Below are positions 53,837-64,000 of a DNA stretch of 64,000 nt, piece by piece. The first letter of the stretch is position 1; each line of letters opens with the position of its first letter. Source of the stretch: an uncultured Planctomycetota bacterium (GTDB lineage Bacteria > Planctomycetota > Planctomycetia > Isosphaerales > Isosphaeraceae); the NCBI GenBank assembly GCA_963845755.1, contig CAWJTV010000036.1, positions 32,001 through 96,000 on the forward strand, written 5' to 3'. The notes under the pieces were generated by a model, which worked only from the letters and a program-made list of their open reading frames with translations, was not told the DNA's origin and did no database searches. A program made the position numbers and the translations under genes.

Positions 53837-56800
53837 ATGACCCGGTCCCGCTGCGCAACCTCGCCGCGCCTGCGAGCGAGCCAGGCCCTCGCCCTGGCGG
53901 TCCTCATCATGGCAGCCGTCCTGTTCGGGACACCCGGCCGTCGCGATGGGCATGAGGCGATGGCCCAGGCACCACCAATGTCCCCACCCTCGACACGGCC
54001 CGCCACACCCAGATCGACCGTGCCTTTCCCCGTTCCGCCCGAGCTCCAGGGCATCGATCTGTCCCGGCAGACGGCCGAGGAGGCAGCCGCCAGGAGCGCC
54101 GGCTGCGTGACGTGCCATCGGGGACAACACGAGCCCCACGGCAAGCCGGAGACGGTCCGGCTCGGCTGCGTGGACTGTCATGGCGGCGACCCGCGGGCGA
54201 CCGACCTGCAACACGCCCATGTCTGGCCGCGATTCCCCGACGCCTGGGGCGGTTCCGGCAACCCGGTCCGGTCGTACACGCTCCTGAATCACGAGTCGCC
54301 CGAGTTCATCCGGTTCGTCAATCCCGGCGACTTGCGAGTCGCCCACCTGGGTTGCGGCACGACCAACTGCCACGCCGACCAGGTGCTCCAGGTGCGCAAG
54401 AGCATGATGACCCACGGCGCGATGCTCTGGGGCTCGGCCCTGTACAATAACGGCTCGGTCCCGTTCAAGCCGGCGCGATTCGGCGAAAGCTACAGCATGC
54501 ACGGGGCCCCGCAACGGCTCCAGACGGTCCCACCGCCGACCCCGTTCGAGATGGAATGGAAGGCCGTGGTGCCGTTCCTCGACCCGCTGCCGCGGTTCGA
54601 GATGTCGCAGCCGGGGAACATCCTGCGGATCTTCGAGCGTGGCCGGCGCGACCCGCAGGAGGTCGGCATTCCGAACCCGTTTGAAGACCCCGGCAAGCCC
54701 CGCGCCGGGCTGAGCGCCCGCGGACTGGGGACCCGCAACCGCACCGACCCGGTCCTCGTCAGCTTGCAGAAGACCCGCCTGTTCGACCCGACGCTCAACT
54801 TCCTCGGGACCAACGACCATCCCGGCGACTATCGATCCAGCGGCTGCACCGCCTGCCACGTGATCTACGCCAACGACCGATCGCCGGTCAACTCCGGCCC
54901 GTACGCCGCCTTCGGCCACCAGGGACTGAGCGCTCAGGCTGACCCCATGATCCCGCGCGATGAGCCGGGCCACCCGATCCGGCACCGGTTCACTGTGGGA
55001 ATCCCGACCAGTCAATGTATCGTCTGCCACGTCCACCCGGGTACCAATGTCCTCAACTCATACACCGGCTACATGTGGTGGGACGAGGAGACCGACGGCG
55101 AGCTGATGTACCCGCCGCGACAGAAAGACCCCACCGCCGAGGAATTCACCCGCTCGATGATGTCGAATCCGGACGAGACGGCGGCGCGGGGGAACTGGTC
55201 CGACCCGGCGTTTCTGGAACGGGTCGCCGAGCTGAACCCGCAGGCGCGGCACACGCAGTTCGCCGACTTCCACGGCCACGGCTGGGTCTTCCGCGCCGTG
55301 TTCAAGAAGGATCGGCACGGGCAGTTGCTCGACCACCGCGGCGAGACCGTGACCGACCAATCGACCGCGGCGCTGATGGCGGCCGTGCGGCTGCCCGCCG
55401 AGCTGAAGGAGCGCTATCGCACCCGCAATGCCGCCGCGACCCAGCAGGCCGCGTTCGATCGCGCCGAGGCGCGGCGCGATGGGGTCCCTGTCCACCAGCT
55501 CGACATCCACCTGGAGAAGGGGATGCACTGCGTCGATTGCCACTTCATCCAGGACGTGCACGGCAACACCAAGCTCTACGGCGAGGTCCGCGCGGCCATC
55601 GAGATCCAGTGCAGCGACTGCCACGGCACGCCCGCTCGACGGGCCGGCCTGATCACCTCCGGGCCGGCCTCGGACACCTCCGCGGTCGAGTCGGGCAAGG
55701 ACGGTCGCGACCTCTCGGCCTTGCGGACACCCTTCCGACAGCGACGTTTCGAACGACGTGGCGGCGCGATCATCCAGCGCTCGATGGTCGAGCGCGACCT
55801 GGAATGGGAGATCACTCAGGTCGCCGACACGATCGATCCCAAATCCAGGCACTACAACGAGCGCGCCCACCTGGCCAAGACCGTGCGGTTCCAGGGCGAT
55901 CAGATGGTCTGGGGCGACATCCCCGGCGGCAAGGAGCAGGTTTGCGCCCACGCGAGCGAGAAGATGAGCTGCATCGCCTGCCACTCGGCCTGGAACCCGA
56001 GCTGCTTCGGCTGCCACCTGCCCCAGCGCGCAACAAGAAGATGCCCCAGCTCCACAACGAGGGCGACGTCACGCGCAACTACGTCTCCTACAATTTCCAG
56101 ACGCTGCGCGATGATGTGTTCATGCTGGCCAAGGACGGCAATGCGACCGGCAACCGGATCGGCCCGGTCCGGTCGTCGTGCGCGATCCACGTCGGGTCGT
56201 ACAACGCCAACCGCGAGTCGATCTATGTCCAGCAGCAGACGATCTCGGGCGAGGGGATGTCGGGGGTCGCCTTCAGCACGAACGTGCCGCATACCGTGCG
56301 GGGCGGGCCGCCGGTCCGGCACGATCCGCGCCGTCCGGATAACGGCCGCCCGGCCAATGCGGGTGCCTATCAAGCCGGCCACTCCGACACCAAGACCTGC
56401 ACCGACTGCCACCTCGCGAAGGGCGATGACAACAATGCGATCCTGGCGCAGCTCCTGATGCAGGGGACGAATTATGTCAACTTCATCGGGCGATACTGCT
56501 GGGTCGCGGCGGGGGACCACGGCCTGGCGGCGGTGGTGGTCACCGAGCGCGACGAGCCCCAGGCCGTCATCGGCAGCTCGCTCCACCGACTCGCCTATCC
56601 CGAATACTACCGCGAGCACGTCGAGCGCGGCGGCAGACTGGTCCACTCGCACGAGCATTCCGGCAGGGACGTCGGCGAACGCCTCCGCCGGCCGGAGGTC
56701 CTCTCGATCCAGGCGCGCGGCGAGTACCTCTATGCCGCCTGCGGCGAAGCGGGGCTCCGGGTCTTCGACATCGCGTTCATCGATCACAAGGGCTTCTCGG

Positions 56801-57852
56801 AACGGATCGTCACCGCGCCGGTGTCTCCGATGGGTCAGCGCTTCTTCGTCCGGACCTCGTATTCCACGGCGGTCGCCGCGCCCACCACGACCGCGCCCGA
56901 CCCGACCCGCAGCCATCGCCCGGAAAACTCCGAAAAGCCCGTCCACGCGCTCTATGGCTACATCTACGTCACGGACCGCGACGAGGGCCTGATCCTCGTC
57001 CCCGCCGCGACCCTACTCGACGGCAACCCCCTGAACAACTTCCTCGGCCGCGAGCTGACCTTCAATCCCGACGGCGTCCTCAAGGGGGCACGTGGGATCA
57101 CGATCGTGGGGACGTATGCGTACATCTCGTGCGACGCCGGGCTCGTCGTGATCGCGCTCGACGACCCGAAGCACCCGCGCGTGACGGCCGTGGTGGGCGA
57201 GCCGTTCGTGAAGCATCCGCGGGCGGTCCAGGCCCAGTTTCGCTACGCTTATGCCTGCGACACGGAAGGCATCAAGGTCCTGGATATCACCGACCTGGCC
57301 CACCCCCGGCCGATCGCGATGCTCCCGATGCAGGATGCCCGGAGCATCTACCTGGCGCGGACCTACGCCTACGTGGCGGCCGGGAAGGAAGGGCTGGTGA
57401 TCCTCGACATCGAGCGGCCGGCGCAGCCGCGGGTCGATCAGGTGTTCAATCCCGGTGGCTGCATCAACGAGCTGAACGACGTGAAACTGGGGATCACGTA
57501 TGTCAGCGAGTTCGCCTACCTGGCCGACGGGCGCAACGGGCTGCGCGTGGTGCAGCTCACTTCGCCCGAGACGCCGGGTAACGCTGGGTTCAGTCCGCGG
57601 CCTACCCCCCAGCTCATCGCGAATTTCAAGCTACCGGTCGGCGCCCGCGCGCTGGCGATCTCGAAGGGGCTCGACCGCGACCGCGCCGTGGACGAGTCGG
57701 GCAACCAGATCGGAGTCTTCGGGCGCATCGGCGCCCGGCCCCTCAATGCCGAGGAGCAGCGCAGGCTGTACATTCACAACAATCAGATCTGGAAAGTCAG
57801 CGACGATCCGCAGGATTCAATCTACCGGCGCATTCCGGAACGCGCGCCGTAA
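53837..57852 (+). CDS. Large exported multiheme c-type cytochrome with C-terminal LVIVD-repeat propeller (frameshift near 56028)
   Basis: CVTCH, CVDCH, CGTTNCH, CTACH, CIVCH, CVDCH, CSDCH, CIACH, CFGCH, CTDCH; repeats [16 protein letters not shown] and [13 protein letters not shown]; hydrophobic N-terminus. Confidence 0.85.
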
Positions 57853-58173
57853 TCATGTCTCCCGACCTTGCCCCCGGTGAACCAACCGTTCCAATCGACC
57901 AGGTCCCTGCCCGGATTCGCTCGGGAGATCTCCCCGAGGTTCTCGATATACTACATCAGCGCTTCTGCGATGATTGACATCGATAAGAAACACAACTCTA
58001 ATGATGAAAGCGACTTGAGTGACATCACCAGACTTCGATCGGGCCAGAGAGACCGAGGGCCCAGAAGAAACTGGGGGTTTGCCTGCGGAAATCGCCGGGC
58101 TCAATCGATGGTATAATAACGGGTTTGCGCGGGAATCGGCGACTCTATTCGCGGGGATCGGGAAGGTTCAATC

Positions 58174-60947
58174 ATGACTCACGGGAAGATTAGACAACCT
58201 TTGCGCCACCATCGCGGTTTTCATGCGTGGGGCGAGCCGCTCGAACCGCGAACGCCTCTGTCGGGGATCACGGTTAACGTCGTCACGACGCTGGACACGG
58301 TTGATCTGGTCTCGCTTCGGGTCGCGATTCTCACGGTTGATAACCAGGGCAGCCCGACGAGCCCGAATACCATCAACTTTCACATCCTCACGTCCGACCC
58401 CGGTTACGACCCTGTCAACAAGACGTTCACGATCGGTTCGTTCGACGCGTTGCCGCCGATCACCCGGCCGGTCATCATCGACGGCACCAGCGAATCGGCC
58501 TTTCTCGGACAGCCAGCGGCCATCGCGATCGACGGTAGTGAAACGAGGGAACCCTTCTCCAACGGACTGATTCTGGCCACCGGCTCAGACGGCAGCACCA
58601 TCGATGGCCTGGAAATCGGCCACTTCAATAACTCGGGTATCCTCGTCGAATCGACGGGCAACACGATCGGCGGCACAACCGCCGGCACAGGCAACATCAT
58701 CGGCCCAAACACCACGGCAGGTGTGGAGATTCTCGGATTAGCCAACCCGCCGATTACGAGTGCTGGTGCGAACGTCCTGGTCGGTAACTTTATCGGCACC
58801 AATGCCAAAGGCGCCGACCTGGGCAACGGTACCGGCGTGGACGTCGAAAACGGAAGCAACACCATCGGTGGAACCACGACGGCCGCGGCGAACGTCATCG
58901 GATTCAACCTATCTGCGGGCGTGGAGATTCTCGGTCAATCGGTGACGTCGAACGTCGTGGAAGGCAACTTCGTCGGCACCAACGCCAACGGCGCCAACCT
59001 GGGCAATCCGATCGGCATCCTCGTTCAATCGGTGGGCAACACGGTTGGTGGGACCACCGCCGGCGCGGCGAACGTGATCGGCTTCAATACCACGGCGGGC
59101 GTGTCCCTGATATCCGGCTTGAACGCTGTGGAAGGCGACTTCATCGGTACCAATGCCAGCGGTGCCTACCTGGGCAACGACGTGGGCCTGACTCTAGTAA
59201 GCAGCCCGAACAACACGATCGGTGGGACACCACGCGCCGACGGCGAAACATCATCGGCTTCAATACCGCGGCGGGCGTCGCAATGACATCCGCGTCGAAC
59301 GTGGTGGAAGGCGACTTCATCGGTACCAATGCCAGCGGTGCTAACCTCGGCAACGGCGTCGGCCTGATGGACAGCAGTGGCGGCAACACCATCGGTGGTC
59401 CCACCTCAGGCGCGGGAAACATCATCGGCTTCAATACTACGGCGGGCATGTCTTTGGTATCCGGCTCGGACGTCGTGGAAGGCAACTTGATCGGCACCAA
59501 TGTCAACGGCGCCAACCTGGGCAATCCCATTGGCATGCTCATTGAATCGGGGGGCAACACGGTTGGTGGGGTGACGGCCGGCGCAGCAAACATCATTGGC
59601 TTCAATATATCATCAGGTTTATATTTAATGTCTGGATCGAACGTTGTGGAGGGTGACTTCATCGGCACCAATGCCGCGGGTGCCAATCTGGGCAATGCCG
59701 TCGGCGTGCTCGACCACAGTGGCGGCAACACAGTTGGCGGAATCACCGCCGGCGCGGCAAACCTCATCGGTTTCAACACCTCCGCGGGCATTCAGATCGG
59801 CGGCACGGCCACTTCAGGAGACATCCTGATCGGTAACGTCATTGGCACGAATGCCTCGGGGCAGGTTGCGCTCGGCAACGGCATCGGCGTGCTGATCAAT
59901 GGTGGCTCATCGACCATGATTGGTGGAACCACGGCCGGAGCCGGCAACGTCGTATCGGGGAACCTGACGGCTGGAATAGAAATCGATGGGACCGCGGTCA
60001 GTGGGACGCAGATCGTCGGAAACCGGATCGGTACCGACCCGACCGGAACTTCAGCGGTTGTTCAGACCGGTCAGTCCGATCCTCAGGTTGCTCTTCAGAA
60101 CGCCGGGATCGTGATCATCGGCTCGCAGGGTAACACGATCGGCGGCACCAGTTCGGAGGCGCGTAATCTCATCTCGGGAAACTACGTCGGCGTGATGCTC
60201 GCCACGATCTCGGGACAGGGTAACCCCAACCAGGTGCTGGGTAACTGGATCGGCACGGATGCCTCCGGCCAGAAGGCGCTCGGAAACATCGTCGGGATCT
60301 ATATCAACGGGGCATCGGGGAACCAGGTTGGCGGGACGGGACAAGGTTCCGGAAACACGATCTCCGGCAACAGTTCAGTCGCGGTCGAGATCTACGGAAG
60401 TGCCTCGACCGCCAATCTCATCGAGGGCAATATCATCGGCCTGGCTGGCGATGGTCGCGGGGTCTTGCGGAAAGGCAATGGCCTGTTCGTTCAACCTGAA
60501 GGCATCTTCCTCCAGGATGCGTCCGGCAACGTGATCGGCGGGACCGCCGCGGGAGCGGGGAATGTGATCTCGGGCAATGAATCGGCCGGGATCTTCATCC
60601 TGGGCCGTACCGGGGTCTCCCGAGGGAACATCGTGGAATCGAACCTGATCGGCCTGGGGCCGGGCGGGAGCCCCGGTCCGGGAAACGATGGATACGGCGT
60701 CTTGCTCGCCAACGCGCAACACAATCAAGTCCAGCGCGCCGGGCCGGCCGCGAACCGGTTCGGCCGCAATGGGATCGCGAGCGTCCGACACGTTACGGGC
60801 CCTCTCAGCGCGGACCAGGCCCTGGCCTCGGCCCGCCGCACCCGCAGACTGACCTCGACCTCGACGCGGAAGCCGGTCCATCCCGCCGGGCCTGCGCGTT
60901 ATTCAGAATCCGCCAACCACGGGCGGAGTCGTGGGTCGTCGCAGTGA
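58174..60947 (+). CDS. Secreted parallel beta-helix repeat protein (frameshift(s) near 59235-59270)
   Basis: EPLEPRTPLS motif; repeated GNTIGGTTAGAGNVISGN and NVVEGNFIGTNA units. Confidence 0.85.
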
Positions 60948-62374
60948 CCGGCCGTAGTAGACGTTCAGGAAGACCATCGACTCGAAGTCGAACGGCTTGG
61001 GGCTGGAGACTGGCGTCACGATCGCGAACGTCAGAAGACTCCGGTCGTAGATCCCGATATTCAGGCCATACGTGAAGTCGACGATATTGGGCGATCCGGC
61101 GGGATCGCGGGGGTTGAATGGATCGTTGTGGTTGAGCGGCGTGTTGACGTGGACCTCGAACGTCGGCGCGATCGTCGAGATCATCGGGTTCACGCTCGAA
61201 TTCGGATCGGGTCGGCGGATCAGATAGCCCACTGCCGCGTCGTTGTACCACAAGGTCGGGTTCTGAGAGTTCGCCGCGGCGTCGATGATGCTGAATCCCT
61301 GAAAATAGATCCGGCCGGAATTGAGGATGTAGCCGAGAAACGGCTGAAAGCTCGTGGTATGAGTCGTGCTGGCGAAGGTATCGAAGCCAGCGAACTTGCC
61401 CGGGCCCGTCGGCGCCGTGACCGCCAAGCCTCCGGAAAGGATACTGCCGCTCTGGCGATCCTCCAGCAGGATGTACTTGGCATAAATGCTCAGGTCGCCG
61501 ACGGCCGTGCTCGTGCCGCCGAAATTGCCGTAGTTCCGCGGCACGCTCGACATGGCGGTGACCGTATCGATCGGCGGCGCGCATACCGATCGAGGCCTGT
61601 CCGTCCAGGAAGGTCTTCTCGAAACCGGCGATGTAACGAAAGACCTGGGTGTAGCCGATCGGCGCCTGCAATCGCTGGTTAACCTGGTCGTTGACCCCCT
61701 GGAAGTAGTTGAAGGTGAAATAAACGCGATCCTGGGGTCGTGGCGACTGATTCTCACTGATCTTGATGCCGCGGATCGAGGGAACCACCATCGACGCATG
61801 CCTCGGCCCGGGCACCCCCGGCGGTCGCGGAGGCGGAAACGGAGACGGGAGACTGATCCGAGATGCGAGCGGGCCCAGGTCGCCGATCATCTGGGGGATA
61901 CCGCCCGACGAGATTCCGGCCAAGCTTCCAAACGTCCCGGGCTGGCCCGGGAGCGTCGAAGCGTCGAGTTCTTCGGAGAGCAGCCGGTCGAGATTCGCCC
62001 GCGCGGATTCATTCGGGGACGGAGCGGTCGCCGTTGCCGATGAAGCGGCCGGCTGGGAAGTCGCTGGAGCCGCTCCCGGGGTTCGGGGTTGTGACGGCGC
62101 CGCCGGCTGAGGGGTTTGGCCCGGAGTCCGAGGCTGAGGAGCCGTTGGTCTTCGTGGCGGAGTCTGAGCCGGCGCAGCGGGCCGAGGTCCGGTCGTTGTC
62201 CCTCCAGGCCGGCTCGGAGGCGACGTAGGCGCCTGCCCCGGCTGGGTTTGGGGTCTCTCTTGCGCGGGATCGGGGATCGGGGTTATCGCCGTGCCCAACG
62301 ATGCCCCGTCGTCCTGGGCGTAGGTCCGCGCAGAGGCATGGGACTAAGGCCAGGTACAGAACCCCCAGGATCAT
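60903..62374 (-). CDS. Planctomycete secreted/outer-membrane hypothetical protein (frameshifts near 62310 and 61580)
   Basis: Signal-like MILGVLYLALVPCLCA, Pro/Thr linker, ISENQSPRPQDRVYFTFNY, strand-like C-terminal half. Confidence 0.65.
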
Positions 62375-62662
62375 GGTTCTCTCAAACCTCACGGGATTCT
62401 CCGTCGGCGCGAAAACGATGGACCATCCCCTCGTGACAGGCAACCTTCGCGGCATCGCAAAGGCGATAATTCCGCCATATCTGGTGGAATCGTCAAATTC
62501 ACGCCCATTCCTTGAGTGGATTTCATGGAAAGAGGGTCCTTGCTGGTTCGCGCAATCTGGGGCAATTGCGAAAGCCAGGACCATCGCACAACCGTGCGGG
62601 ATCGGGATTTGGCAAACGCCCCTCCGACCTCGGGCCTCGGCCGAGTTGTACTCAAGGCGGCT

Positions 62663-64000
62663 TCAACCCGAGCGGACCGACTCGGGCATCGAATCGCGGA
62701 GTCTCCTGAAGTCGTCGCGATCGCGAAGGGGTTTGAGGTCCGGTAGGTCGAGGATGGCCCTGATCCGGATGACGTGGTCTCGCACAGCGTCGCCGAGGAC
62801 TTTGACAGCTCGGGCCAGGCTGTCCTCCGCCAGTTTCTGCCCTTCGCTAGAGTTCGCGGCCGTATTGGCGCACCGGATCAAGAGGGTGGCCGCGTGGAGG
62901 TAGACCTTGGGATCAGTCGGGTGTATTGCCGGGAGCTGTTCGGCGGCAGCCTGGGCGTCGGCGAGACGGCCGGCGTCGATCAGGGCCAGCGTCAAGAGAA
63001 CCTGATCCTCGGCCAGGTAGACCTGGTCCGAGTCCGAATCGGGCCGGGCCTCCAAGACCTGCTTGTGGAGCGATTTGGCCTTTTCGGCATGATTCACGGC
63101 CTCGGCGGGCTTATGTCCGAGAAGGAGCTGGGCAAGCTGGTAGTGACCGCGGCCCAGAGTGCGCTGGTATTCGGGGACGTTGGGGTATTCGGCCAGCAGC
63201 GCCGACTCCACGTCCAGCGCCTTCACGAGGGCGGTCTCTGCCTCGATCCACGCGGTTCCCGCGAGGGCTCCTCCGACCGCAGCTTGCGCGATGGCCAGCT
63301 TCATACGATAGGAGGGTGTTCCGGGGAATCGTTGCTTCAGCGATTCGAGGAGCCGTGCCGCCTCCTTGTAGGAGGCGACGGCCTGCTCGGGCTGACGCTC
63401 GCGTTGGGCCAGGAAGCCCAGGTTGTATGCAACGGAGGACAGTTCCAGCGAGTACTGTGCGATGGCCGCGTACTCGGTTGCGAGCGTCCGCAGGAGTTTC
63501 TCGGACGTGTGAAGATAGTTCGCCGCTTCCTCGCTCCGTTTTTGCGGGAGCAGGGCCCCCAGATTGTTGGAAGCCCGGGCGTATTGCCATCTCGTCGCGG
63601 GGAGCGATTCGGGGCCTTCCAGCGAAGGGGCAAGCAGGTCGAGCGTGGCGCGGAAGGTCGTCTCGGCATCGGAGGAATGCCCCGAGGCTTTCTGAAGGAT
63701 CCCGAGGTTATTCCGGTATCGCGCCAGCCGGGTGCGATACTCGGGTCGATCGCCGAATTGCTTCAGGAGCCCTTGTTGAACCTCGATCGCGGTCTGATAC
63801 GCCGCCAGATCCTCGGCGCGGTTGCTGCCGCGGCGGGCCAGCAGCGCTCCCAACTGATAGCGACTGTCCGCCAGCGCTTGGTGGTCCTCGGCGGTCGGAT
63901 CCGGCAACTGGGTGATCTCCTCACGCAACCGGATGGCCCGGCGCAACAGGTCTTCCCCCTGCTGGAAGCGATTGGCATCCTTCAGCAGAACGCCCATCCC
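62663..64000 (-). CDS. TPR-repeat C-terminal part of a large protein (probably a Ser/Thr kinase); partial
   Basis: Repeated LARYRNNLGIL and YARASNNLGAL helices; C-terminal DLKPLRDRDDF. Confidence 0.75.
   Translation of the reverse strand, partial: GMGVLLKDANRFQQGEDLLRRAIRLREEITQLPDPTAEDHQALADSRYQLGALLARRGSNRAEDLAAYQTAIEVQQGLLKQFGDRPEYRTRLARYRNNLGILQKASGHSSDAETTFRATLDLLAPSLEGPESLPATRWQYARASNNLGALLPQKRSEEAANYLHTSEKLLRTLATEYAAIAQYSLELSSVAYNLGFLAQRERQPEQAVASYKEAARLLESLKQRFPGTPSYRMKLAIAQAAVGGALAGTAWIEAETALVKALDVESALLAEYPNVPEYQRTLGRGHYQLAQLLLGHKPAEAVNHAEKAKSLHKQVLEARPDSDSDQVYLAEDQVLLTLALIDAGRLADAQAAAEQLPAIHPTDPKVYLHAATLLIRCANTAANSSEGQKLAEDSLARAVKVLGDAVRDHVIRIRAILDLPDLKPLRDRDDFRRLRDSMPESVRSG

Overview
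GC-rich bacterial DNA with Planctomycetota-type gene content: a DUF1549/DUF1553-type cytochrome protein, LExRxLLS export motifs, Ser/Thr kinases with FGE or TPR domains, and DUF1080. About 20 genes carry single-base frameshifts, most likely long-read assembly errors, so I merged split ORFs by eye. Main features: (1) a complete group IIA intron (12702-17641) whose RT/maturase/HNH ORF is split by an IS21 element (18-bp IRs, 7-bp TSD); (2) a ~1350-aa secreted protein with 12 tandem ~103-aa RTX-like repeats; (3) an ABC/AAA ATPase + TOPRIM-like gene pair directly behind an orphan BREX pglX C-terminal tail, a candidate anti-phage module; (4) a candidate envelope redox system made of a secreted double-GlcG heme-binding protein, a divergent outer-membrane beta-barrel and a ~10-heme cytochrome fused to LVIVD repeats, separated by ~16 kb of largely accessory DNA; (5) that accessory DNA includes a ~9 kb island bounded by a duplicated 3' end of the barrel gene (gtr-like glycosylation genes, IS1182, a MITE-disrupted integrase, two 330-bp non-coding direct repeats) and a cluster of toxin-antitoxin and restriction gene fragments. 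No rRNA, tRNA or CRISPR array was recognised. All family assignments come from motif recognition only; no searches were run.
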